Below are positions 46,101 through 53,312 of a DNA stretch of 64,000 nt, piece after piece. Under the pieces are notes generated by a model. The model saw only the letters and a list, made by a program, of their open reading frames with translations, ran no database searches and was not told the DNA's origin. Location: contig CBDUPA010000002.1 in the NCBI GenBank assembly GCA_965368975.1, positions 352,001 through 416,000 of the forward strand. The letters run 5' to 3'. Position 1 is the stretch's first letter; every line of letters begins with the position of its first letter. The DNA is from an uncultured bacterium. Its GTDB lineage: Bacteria > Acidobacteriota > Thermoanaerobaculia > Multivoradales > JAHZIX01. A program made the position numbers and the translations under genes.

Positions 46101-47254
46101 CCGACGAAGAACCGCCGCTCGGAGCCGCTGCCGTGTTGTCAGCGCTGGAGAAAGGGCCGGCGCCGGAGGTCGAGGCCCAACCGGAACCACCGTCCGAATT
46201 CGAACTTGCGGAGGAGGACACCGGCACCGGCAGTCACAGCTTCGACCTACACCCGATGGCAACCGGTGCGTTCCAGCTCGACGAGGTGCACGAGGAAGAG
46301 GCTCTGCAGGACATCCTCGACCTGAACCCGAGTACCGATGACCTGCCCGAAGACCTGGCCTTCGACGCCGCAGCACAGGAATACTCGGACATCGACCTCC
46401 CAGCAACCGGAGCAGTGCCAGAAGAACCTGGGCCACTCGAGGAAGCTAGGCTCAGGATTGGGCCTGACCTGCAAGAAGACGTCGCCGCGACCACACACTT
46501 CCAAGAGAGCAATGAATCGACACCCAGCTCGGACTTCTCTGAGCCAGCCGGGACCGCGACGATGCCGGCGGACAACGGCAGCTCGCCCGCGGCGGGAATC
46601 GCCATCGCCGAGCCCGCGGCCGAGAACACGAACTTGCGGCCCGTGGCCCAGATGTCGGTTCGCCAGGCGCGTGAATCCAACTGGCGACGCTGGCTCGGCG
46701 TGCTGCTGCTGCTGCTGATCCTCGCGGCAGCGGCCGCGATCTATCTCTTCGTCGAGGGCACTTTGACCCTGCCGGGCGAACCGACTCCGGCAACAGCTCC
46801 TCCGGAAGCCGTCCCGGACACGGATCCAGCGCTGCCCCCCTCGGAGAGCAGCGACGACACAGACGCCGGGGACTTGGGAGCCGTGAGCAGCAGCAGCGGA
46901 GGCGAAGTACGGGCTGCCGTTCTCGCCGGACTCCAGGATGTCGACGGACAACCCGGGGGCCCGCTGCGCGGCATCGAGGTACAGCCGCCCAAGCTTGTCA
47001 ACATCGGGAAAGCACAGTATCCTCGCGCAGGTCGCCAGCATGATCTTGACGGACACGTTGTTCTCGCATTGCTGGTCGACCCCGAGGGCAAGGTCGAACA
47101 GGTTCGCGTGCTGGAAGAGCTGGAAGCCTCGCCTTCCCTGGTCCAGCTAGCTCTGGACTTGGCCGCCGAGGCAGACTTTCTACCCGCGCGGAGTTCCACC
47201 AGCGGTAACCGTATCCGTATGTGGACGCAGTTGCGGATCGCGTTCGAATCCTGA
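43166..47254 (+). CDS. Pseudo-receiver / Ser-Thr protein kinase / TM / TonB C-terminal domain fusion
   Basis: N-terminal REC-like FLIVDQD; IAIGGMAEV, AIKK, HRDVSPQN, DFG, YMSPEQ; TM WLGVLLLLLILAAAAAIYLF; QYPRAG..GHVVLALLVDPEGKV..FLPA. Confidence 0.88.
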   Translation: MPAFLIVDQDPRFASGLRSALEAEGWPGKTTTDAREAAQLAVTDRPQLLLASVEVDGARVLLERFSQRAGTGCSSIAFVPAARAAEVKAEQLGADGLLPRPCTRDQFWSMIRRVLSEAQRKASQQPAHTDSTKLTSAEIFGDLLEEVDSQDSSQEPPPRALPRSAPVKIQLGQQGTASTPADAPTGATPAAPEQARPASPNLGDDLERKLEQTLSGVLDLGAQKSRSAKAAAARPIAAPTTQVPAAPAPAPRAPVPRAPVPRAPAAQAPPAQAAEAPVATPAATPTAAEEPAPAKTGTAAKPRRRDANVDDLLNQTLSGLVDLEALGRSRKTTVHTEARPATPTAQPEPPAEPPIRTQPKAQIEPIVSVEPEFTTMKLPTGLGALAAAAESEAEAAAASAVEVGAGQIEADQVEADRVEADRVEAGQVEADQVEAMEAAPTEAPPEAEPPGRSSAPIESATEAPSTSAEHPMATGLAKVSGLAEASTESKAEGGDLEPDRSGEPDTDSAAGTALPHPMSLEPPGFGSVRQDRTADTESALEAALKEQAESRAARSAASPEEAGWFDELVGDESAIPRTTKSDSPLAAAGRRFGSYTLVERIAIGGMAEVWKARMSGAAGFQKIVAIKKILSHLTANLEFEKMFVDEAKLAAQLNHPNITQIYDLGQVRGEYYIAMEYVDGKDLRTILDLAQRYEYPLGEGLALLIASRLASGLDHAHRRRDENHQELGLVHRDVSPQNVLIGYEGDVKLCDFGIVKAVAKASQTQMGALKGKLQYMSPEQAWGKTVDARTDLFSVGALLFEMLTGRRLFAGDSELSVLEAVRECRIEEPRALVPEISQEVNGVVLRALAKEPEDRFQTAAALRLELDELLLQVSKRPGPHELSYYLKHLTAVAEGRQPPPLLAHHAEISVTAAGTDSASAEDPVIEQPLAEEAPAEASAPEASSPLAETDGSEPETAEEPAFDLPSWEGVEAPEFDLSTDEEPPLGAAAVLSALEKGPAPEVEAQPEPPSEFELAEEDTGTGSHSFDLHPMATGAFQLDEVHEEEALQDILDLNPSTDDLPEDLAFDAAAQEYSDIDLPATGAVPEEPGPLEEARLRIGPDLQEDVAATTHFQESNESTPSSDFSEPAGTATMPADNGSSPAAGIAIAEPAAENTNLRPVAQMSVRQARESNWRRWLGVLLLLLILAAAAAIYLFVEGTLTLPGEPTPATAPPEAVPDTDPALPPSESSDDTDAGDLGAVSSSSGGEVRAAVLAGLQDVDGQPGGPLRGIEVQPPKLVNIGKAQYPRAGRQHDLDGHVVLALLVDPEGKVEQVRVLEELEASPSLVQLALDLAAEADFLPARSSTSGNRIRMWTQLRIAFES
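43910..43954. repeat. 15-bp in-frame tandem repeat x3 (PVPRA)
   Basis: CCAGCTCCAAGGGCC CCAGTTCCAAGGGCC CCAGTTCCAAGGGCC. Confidence 0.85.
44381..44470. repeat. 15-bp in-frame tandem repeat x6 ([D/G][Q/R]VEA)
   Basis: Six units of GRCCRARTCGAGGCG. Confidence 0.9.
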
Positions 47255-47269
47255 CATGCGGAGGAACTG

Positions 47270-47512
47270 ATGAGTCTTTCCGAACAACAAAAGAGCTTCT
47301 ACGAGAATACCCTTGGCGTGGTTCGCGGCGAGATCGAGGAACTGGACCGCCAGATCGAGGAAGAACTGGCCAAGGTCAAGGACCGCCTCGCTGAACTGCA
47401 GTCCGCCAAGAAGGCCGCGCTCGCCATGTACGACGCCGCTTGCTTGCGCCTGGGCGTTGCCAACGAACTCAACGAAGATGACGGTGAGGAGGACGACGGC
47501 GGCAGCTTCTGA
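47270..47512 (+). CDS. Small acidic coiled-coil hypothetical protein
   Basis: SD GGAGG, gene-like codons, heptad pattern IEELDRQIEEELAKVKDRLAEL. Confidence 0.8.
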   Translation: MSLSEQQKSFYENTLGVVRGEIEELDRQIEEELAKVKDRLAELQSAKKAALAMYDAACLRLGVANELNEDDGEEDDGGSF

Positions 47513-47540
47513 GGCTTCGTCGGCGCTTTATCGTCCCACC

Positions 47541-48374
47541 ATGGCCTGGTTCAAGAAAAACAAGAAACCGAAGCCCGTTCGGCAGCACCGCAGCGCGGTG
47601 CCCGAAGGCTTGTGGATCAAGTGCAGCGGTTGCCGCGAGGTCGTGTACTCGAAGGAACTCGAGAACAACATCTGCCCGCGTTGCGGTTACCACTTTCGCA
47701 TCGATCCGCCGCAGCGAATTCGGCTCCTGCTCGACGATGAAGCACCGCGCGAGCTGTTCACCGACATTCGCCCCACGGACCCGTTGCAGTTCGAGGACAC
47801 CAAGCCCTACGCGCAGCGACTGAAGGCATACCAGCGCAAAGTCGACGTGCTCGACGCCCTGATGGTGGTGAGCGGCCACCTCGAGAAGCAGCCCGTGATC
47901 CTGGCGGTCATGGACTATCGCTTCATGGGTGGCTCGATGGGCTCGGTGGTTGGCGAGAAGGTCACGCTCGCGGCCGAGGAAGCCTTGCGGCGCAAGCAGC
48001 CGCTGATCGTGGTCTCGGCCTCCGGCGGTGCGCGCATGCAAGAAGGCGTGCTGTCGTTGATGCAGATGGCCAAGATCTCCGCCTCCCTGGCACGCTTGCG
48101 GGAAGCGCATCTACCCTACATCTCGATCCTCACGGATCCGACGACCGGCGGTGTGACGGCTTCGTTCGCCATGCTCGGTGACGTCAACATCGCGGAGCCG
48201 GGTGCCTTGATCGGCTTCGCCGGGCCACGCGTGATCCAGCAAACGATCCGCCAGAATCTGCCCGAGGGCTTCCAGCGCTCGGAGTTCTTGATGGAGCACG
48301 GCTTCCTGGACCTGGTCGTGCCACGCCCCGAGCTGAAGGCGACGGTCGCCCGCTGCTTGCGGCACTTCTCCTGA
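47541..48374 (+). CDS. accD: Acetyl-CoA carboxylase carboxyltransferase beta subunit
   Basis: PEGLWIKC zinc finger, FMGGSMGSVVGEK, SGGARMQEG, PTTGGVTASFA. Confidence 0.96.
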   Translation: MAWFKKNKKPKPVRQHRSAVPEGLWIKCSGCREVVYSKELENNICPRCGYHFRIDPPQRIRLLLDDEAPRELFTDIRPTDPLQFEDTKPYAQRLKAYQRKVDVLDALMVVSGHLEKQPVILAVMDYRFMGGSMGSVVGEKVTLAAEEALRRKQPLIVVSASGGARMQEGVLSLMQMAKISASLARLREAHLPYISILTDPTTGGVTASFAMLGDVNIAEPGALIGFAGPRVIQQTIRQNLPEGFQRSEFLMEHGFLDLVVPRPELKATVARCLRHFS

Positions 48375-48416
48375 GCCGCGGCCAGCTGCTCCACGTCCTC
48401 CTGTTGCCGTCCACCC

Positions 48417-49787
48417 ATGAGCCACGCACGTGAGCCCCGGGTAAGCGTCGAAGACCGAGTCGGCGTCGAGGACGTCGAAGCCCTGCTCGGCCATCTCGAG
48501 CACTTCGGGCTCAAGCTCGGCCTGGAGCGCATTCGCGCCCTGCTCGCCGAGTTGGGCGACCCGCAGCTCCAGGTGCCGACGGTGCTGGTCGCGGGCACCA
48601 ACGGCAAGGGCTCCACCGCTTCCCTGCTGGCATCGATAGCGACGCACGCCGGCTATCGCACCGGACTCTTCACCTCTCCGCACCTGGAGTCGCCCACCGA
48701 ACGCCTGCGCGTCGATGGCCGAGCCCTGGGTCTCGACACGCTCTACCACCTCCTGCGCCGTGTCGTCGACACTGGAGAACGACTCCACGGCGACGCTCCC
48801 ACCTACTTCGAGAGCTTCACCGCCGCAGGCTACCTGCACTTCGCCGAGACCAAGCTCGACCTTGCGGTCATGGAAGTCGGCCTCGGTGGCCGCCTCGACG
48901 CGACCAACGCTGGCGACCCGAGGCTGTCGCTGATCACCGAGATCGACCTCGACCACCGCAAGCAGCTCGGCGACACGCACGCTGCGGTGGCTCGCGAGAA
49001 GGCCGGCATCCTGCGCCCGGGACGGCCAGCGCTGGCATGGAGCCAGCATCCGGAAGCGGTAGCCGAGTTGCAGCGCTGTGCCGACGCCGTCGGCACCGAC
49101 TTCGAGCTGGTTTCCAACCGGGTCGAGATCCTGCGAGCGACCGACGACGGCAACTTCCGGATACGCACCGACCTCGACACCTACGATGTCCAGCTCCGGC
49201 TCTCCGGCAGGCACCAGGCCGGTAACATGTCACTGGCGATCCGAGCAGCCGAAACCCTGCGCCAGCTCGGCTGGAAGAACTTCGACAGCGCGGCAATCCT
49301 GAGGGGCGCTGCCGCCTGCCGCTGGCCGGGACGCCTGGAGTGGATCGACTTGCCGCACGGCGCATCGCCTGGGCAGCCACAGAAGCAGCGCGTCCTGCTC
49401 GACGCCGCCCACAACGCCCATGCCGCAGAGCATCTGGGACGATTCTTGCGCGACCTGCAGCAGCCCTACGACCTACTCTTCGGGGCCGTACGCGACAAGC
49501 CGGCCGAGTCGATGCTGCCCCTCTTGGCCCAGGGTGCGACGCGCGTCGTGCTCACCAATCCGGACTCCGTGCGCGCGCGGCCGGCGGCCGAGCTGCTGCC
49601 GCTACTGGCTACCTCCGAGCACGAGTTGGTGGTCGAAGAGAACCTCTCGCGCGCGCTCGACGTGGCCCTACAATCGGAGCGTCCGCTGGTCGCCTGCGGT
49701 TCCATCTACCTGATCGGAACGGTGCGCCGCCTGCTACGGGAACGTTTCGGCGTGCCGGCGGCAGCGGATCAGACACCGCTCTGCTGA
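48417..49787 (+). CDS. folC: Folylpolyglutamate/dihydrofolate synthase
   Basis: VAGTNGKGST, TSPHL, EVGLGGRLDATN, WPGRLE, LDAAHN. Confidence 0.95.
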   Translation: MSHAREPRVSVEDRVGVEDVEALLGHLEHFGLKLGLERIRALLAELGDPQLQVPTVLVAGTNGKGSTASLLASIATHAGYRTGLFTSPHLESPTERLRVDGRALGLDTLYHLLRRVVDTGERLHGDAPTYFESFTAAGYLHFAETKLDLAVMEVGLGGRLDATNAGDPRLSLITEIDLDHRKQLGDTHAAVAREKAGILRPGRPALAWSQHPEAVAELQRCADAVGTDFELVSNRVEILRATDDGNFRIRTDLDTYDVQLRLSGRHQAGNMSLAIRAAETLRQLGWKNFDSAAILRGAAACRWPGRLEWIDLPHGASPGQPQKQRVLLDAAHNAHAAEHLGRFLRDLQQPYDLLFGAVRDKPAESMLPLLAQGATRVVLTNPDSVRARPAAELLPLLATSEHELVVEENLSRALDVALQSERPLVACGSIYLIGTVRRLLRERFGVPAAADQTPLC

Positions 49788-49823
49788 CCCGACCGAGACA
49801 GGTCGACGGTTCCCGCTCCGCTT

Positions 49824-49859
49824 CCTGGCCCGGCTCAGCCACCTGGCCCGCCTCAGCCA
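49824..49859. repeat. 18-bp tandem duplication containing the sulfatase stop codon
   Basis: CCTGGCCCGGCTCAGCCA CCTGGCCCGCCTCAGCCA. Confidence 0.8.
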
Positions 49860-51679
49860 CCATAGCCCAGCGACTCCAGGCGCTCGCGCTCTTCCTCGGT
49901 CAACGAAGCATCTCCGGCTGCGTCGATCTGCAGCAGCTTGTCACGCAGGCGCAGGCTCTGCGCCTGGTGGGCATCCAAGACCCCGCGCAGCCGGGCGAGG
50001 ATCTCGGGCCGCTCAGCACTGAGGTCATAGGCCTCTTGCGGATCCACCCGCAGGTTGAAGAGACTCGGCGCAGCGGACGAAAGGCGCGGGAAAATCGCCT
50101 TGTACGGACCGTCCCAGACGATCTGAAAGCTTGTCATAGCACTGAACATCGGCCGGTCCCGGCGGCGCGATAGCAGCGGCACACCCTGCAGGTCCGGATC
50201 GAGCCGCTGGCCGACCGCCTGCAGCAACGTAGGAACCAGATCGACTGCCGCCGAGGGTACCTGGCGGCGCTCCCCAGCGAAGCGCCCTCCCGGCCACTTG
50301 ATCAACAGCGGCACCTGGGTCACCGGCTGCCATGGCAGACCGTGGAGGGTCATGCCGCGTTCGAGCAGCATTTCGCCGTGATCGCTGGTCACCACGATCA
50401 GCATCCGATCGTAGAGTCCAAGGTCTTTCAAGTGCCGGAACAGGCGCCCCAACTGACGATCTGTGTGCTCAACGCTTCGCCGGTAGAGCTCGCGCAGGAT
50501 TTGCGGTTCGATTGGCAGCGCCGGAAACTGCCCTTCGCGAATACGCTTCAAGCGCAGCGAAGCACACGGCTCCCCGGGGCTGCACGGATAGGGCCGACGA
50601 AGCGCGAACAACTGGCGGATCTCCTCAGAGGTGGTCCCAGGTGCCTCATACGGCAGGCGGTGGAAGTCGGAGTGCGGCTCGAAAGTGTGGAAGAAGGCAA
50701 AGAACGATCGATTGCGATGCGCTCCAAGCCAGTTGGTGAGCTCACGGACCATGGGCTCCACATGCCACGGCACCGAGCGATAGGATTCGAAGCCACGGTC
50801 GAAGTCGAACTTGGGGTCGAGCCAGACGCAGTCGTGCACCAGTCCCCAGGTGAGCAGCCCGGTATCGCGCATGCGCTCGGCTAGGGTCGGCAAGCCGGCG
50901 GGGAGCGCACTTTCATCGACGCCGTGAACGGCGAAGTCGAAACCCGTGAACAGGGTCGCATGCGACGGTTGGGTCCAGCTGGAACCTGCATAGTGCGGCT
51001 GCCACGCCTGGGCATCACCCAGGAAGGCGTCCAGGTGCGGCGTCCGGCCGTCACCACCCAGCGCTCCGATGCTGTCCGCACGCAATGTATCAACGGAGAT
51101 AAGGAGGATCTGGTGTGCCTCCAGGGGCGCCGGCGGCGGTGCAGTGACACGCTGCTGGACCACCACATCCTTGAGGTGAAGCTGCTGCCCGCTGCGCAGG
51201 GCGAGGCTCAGTCGCACCTTCGCCCGGGTTCCGGCGAGCTGGTTCAGATCGGTGGTCCACTGCCACCACCCGGGACGTCCCAGTACCTGGACCGAGTCCC
51301 GGACCAACCGCCCGTCTCCGGTTTCGACCTCGACTCGCAGCGTTCCTTCCGCTGAAAAATCACCCCAGCGGCGTGTACAGCCGGACAGCTGCAAGCGTGG
51401 CAAGCTGCCCAGGTCGACTTCCGCCTGCAGCACGTCGCCTCCTTCGAGCGACAGGGCGTACGCGGTCTCGTCGTTGCAGGTCAGCTGTCGTGGTGGCTGC
51501 GCCAATTGCGCATCGAAGCGACCCTCGGTCAGCAGATCGGCGTAGACCCAGCGGCTGCCTTCGACTGCAGTGGACGCCGTACCAGCCGGACCCGGTCGAT
51601 CCATGCAGCCTGCCGCCAGCCACAACAACAGGAGCAGGATCGTTCCTCGACCGCCTTCGACAGCGGTGTCTCGCTTCAA
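49853..51679 (-). CDS. Sulfatase-like (alkaline phosphatase superfamily) lipoprotein, Thr at nucleophile position
   Basis: LLISVDTLRAD, WTQPSHATLFTG, EPH, TSDHGE, RLESLGY; lipobox LAAGC; putative TTG start overlapping upstream stop. Confidence 0.82.
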   Translation of the reverse strand: MKRDTAVEGGRGTILLLLLWLAAGCMDRPGPAGTASTAVEGSRWVYADLLTEGRFDAQLAQPPRQLTCNDETAYALSLEGGDVLQAEVDLGSLPRLQLSGCTRRWGDFSAEGTLRVEVETGDGRLVRDSVQVLGRPGWWQWTTDLNQLAGTRAKVRLSLALRSGQQLHLKDVVVQQRVTAPPPAPLEAHQILLISVDTLRADSIGALGGDGRTPHLDAFLGDAQAWQPHYAGSSWTQPSHATLFTGFDFAVHGVDESALPAGLPTLAERMRDTGLLTWGLVHDCVWLDPKFDFDRGFESYRSVPWHVEPMVRELTNWLGAHRNRSFFAFFHTFEPHSDFHRLPYEAPGTTSEEIRQLFALRRPYPCSPGEPCASLRLKRIREGQFPALPIEPQILRELYRRSVEHTDRQLGRLFRHLKDLGLYDRMLIVVTSDHGEMLLERGMTLHGLPWQPVTQVPLLIKWPGGRFAGERRQVPSAAVDLVPTLLQAVGQRLDPDLQGVPLLSRRRDRPMFSAMTSFQIVWDGPYKAIFPRLSSAAPSLFNLRVDPQEAYDLSAERPEILARLRGVLDAHQAQSLRLRDKLLQIDAAGDASLTEEERERLESLGYGG

Positions 51680-53133
51680 GAAGCTCCTCGGCCGCTGAGC
51701 ACTACCGGGATGGTCTTGAACAGGATCTTGATGTCGAGCAGCGGCGACCAGCTGTCGATGTATTCGAGGTCGAGACGGATCCAGCGCTCGAAGTCGATCT
51801 GGTTGCGACCGCTGATCTGCCACAAGCAAGTGAGACCCGGCTTCATCGACAGCCTGCGGCGCTGCCACGGCTGATACTGCGCAACTTCTTCCGGAATCGG
51901 TGGCCGCGGCCCGACCAGGCTCATGTCCCCGCGGAGCACGTTCCACAACTGCGGCAGCTCGTCGAGACTGAACTTGCGTAGGAACTGCGCCACCTTGCCG
52001 TTGATCCGTGGATCGTTGGACAGCTTGAAGGCCGGTCCGTCCATCTCGTTGAGGTGCAGCAGCTCCTGGCGCCGGGCCTCGGCCCCCTCGATCATGGTGC
52101 GGAACTTGTAGAGCGTGAAGCGTCGGCCGTTGAGCCCACAGCGCGTCTGGGTGAACAGTACCCGGCCACCAGACGTCGCCTTGATCGCCAGCGCCACCAG
52201 TCCTACAACCGGCATGCCGAGCAACAAGAGCAGACCCGAGACGGACACATCGATAGCTCGCTTGACCAGCAGCAGTAGGTGGTTGGTCGGCGTCGAGGAA
52301 AAGGCCAGCATCGGGATGCCGTCGAGGTCTTCCAGCTGCGGCGTTTCGCGGGTGTGCGGAAAGAAGTTGAGCGCGAAGCGGGTGTTGACACCGCGCTCCT
52401 GCAGGCTCAGGAAGACGTTCTCGAGCCGATCGAGATCCTGGCGGCTGACCGAGAAGATGACGTCGTCGACCGGCTGCGTCTCGACGATGCGGATCAGGTC
52501 CGGCACGCTGCCCAGGACTTCGGCGCCAGCCGGCAACTTGGACGGTGGCGCCTTCTCATTGATCACGAAGCCGAGTAGCTTCAAGCCCCAGTAGCGGTGG
52601 CTCTCGATCGAGCGCGCAATCTCCAGCGCCGTCGGGTTGGTGCCGACGATCAGCACAGTCCGATAGTTGAAGCCCTTGGTACGCACGTAGCGAGACGTGA
52701 CACGTAGCGCCAGCTTCTCGAACAGCAAGAAGAGACAGGACAACACGCCGAAGAGCACGATCCAGACACGGCTGGCCTGGTCCTGATCGAGCAACTCTTC
52801 ATCCAGGCGCAGCGCGTAGAGCACTAGCGAGAACAACACCACGCCCCAGACACAGATGCGGATGATCGCCCAGGCTTCTTCCAGAATGGGCATAGTCCGG
52901 TGCGACCGGTAGCGGCCAGAGGTGTAGAGCAGCAGCCCCCAGAGCATCAACGCGACGGGCAGAAAGAGCAAGTAGTCGGCGAGCGGGTAGAGCTCGTTGG
53001 GAAACAGCTCGGGCGCGATCATCGGCAGAACCCAGCTGCGCAGCCAATAGGCCGCGACGAAGGCGGCCGTCACCAGGCCGAGATCCAGCAGAAAGACGAA
53101 GGTGTGGAGGATCCTTGCTCGCTCTTTTAGCAT
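51676..53133 (-). CDS. Polyprenyl glycosylphosphotransferase (WcaJ/WbaP family priming sugar transferase)
   Basis: N-terminal TMs, CoA-binding-like domain, KRAID, YKFRTM, SLDELPQLWNVLRGDMSLVGPRP, KPGLT. Confidence 0.94.
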   Translation of the reverse strand: MLKERARILHTFVFLLDLGLVTAAFVAAYWLRSWVLPMIAPELFPNELYPLADYLLFLPVALMLWGLLLYTSGRYRSHRTMPILEEAWAIIRICVWGVVLFSLVLYALRLDEELLDQDQASRVWIVLFGVLSCLFLLFEKLALRVTSRYVRTKGFNYRTVLIVGTNPTALEIARSIESHRYWGLKLLGFVINEKAPPSKLPAGAEVLGSVPDLIRIVETQPVDDVIFSVSRQDLDRLENVFLSLQERGVNTRFALNFFPHTRETPQLEDLDGIPMLAFSSTPTNHLLLLVKRAIDVSVSGLLLLLGMPVVGLVALAIKATSGGRVLFTQTRCGLNGRRFTLYKFRTMIEGAEARRQELLHLNEMDGPAFKLSNDPRINGKVAQFLRKFSLDELPQLWNVLRGDMSLVGPRPPIPEEVAQYQPWQRRRLSMKPGLTCLWQISGRNQIDFERWIRLDLEYIDSWSPLLDIKILFKTIPVVLSGRGAS

Positions 53134-53242
53134 GCCTCGATCCAGGTCCCCTCTAGTTGTCCAATCGGTGTGGCGTCAAAGCTTCGGACCACCGCACTGG
53201 CAGTTGTCCGGAGTCTTAGACCCCGCTGAATGTCATAGCACC

Positions 53243-53261
53243 ATATCTTACGCAAAGATAT
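53243..53261. promoter_or_regulatory. AT-rich inverted repeat, candidate operator upstream of the priming transferase
   Basis: ATATCTT-ACGCA-AAGATAT in a 180-bp intergenic gap. Confidence 0.35.
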
Positions 53262-53312
53262 CCGCCTCCGTCTACGGATGTCAATGTTGCGCTCAGGACT
53301 GTTCTTTAGAAT

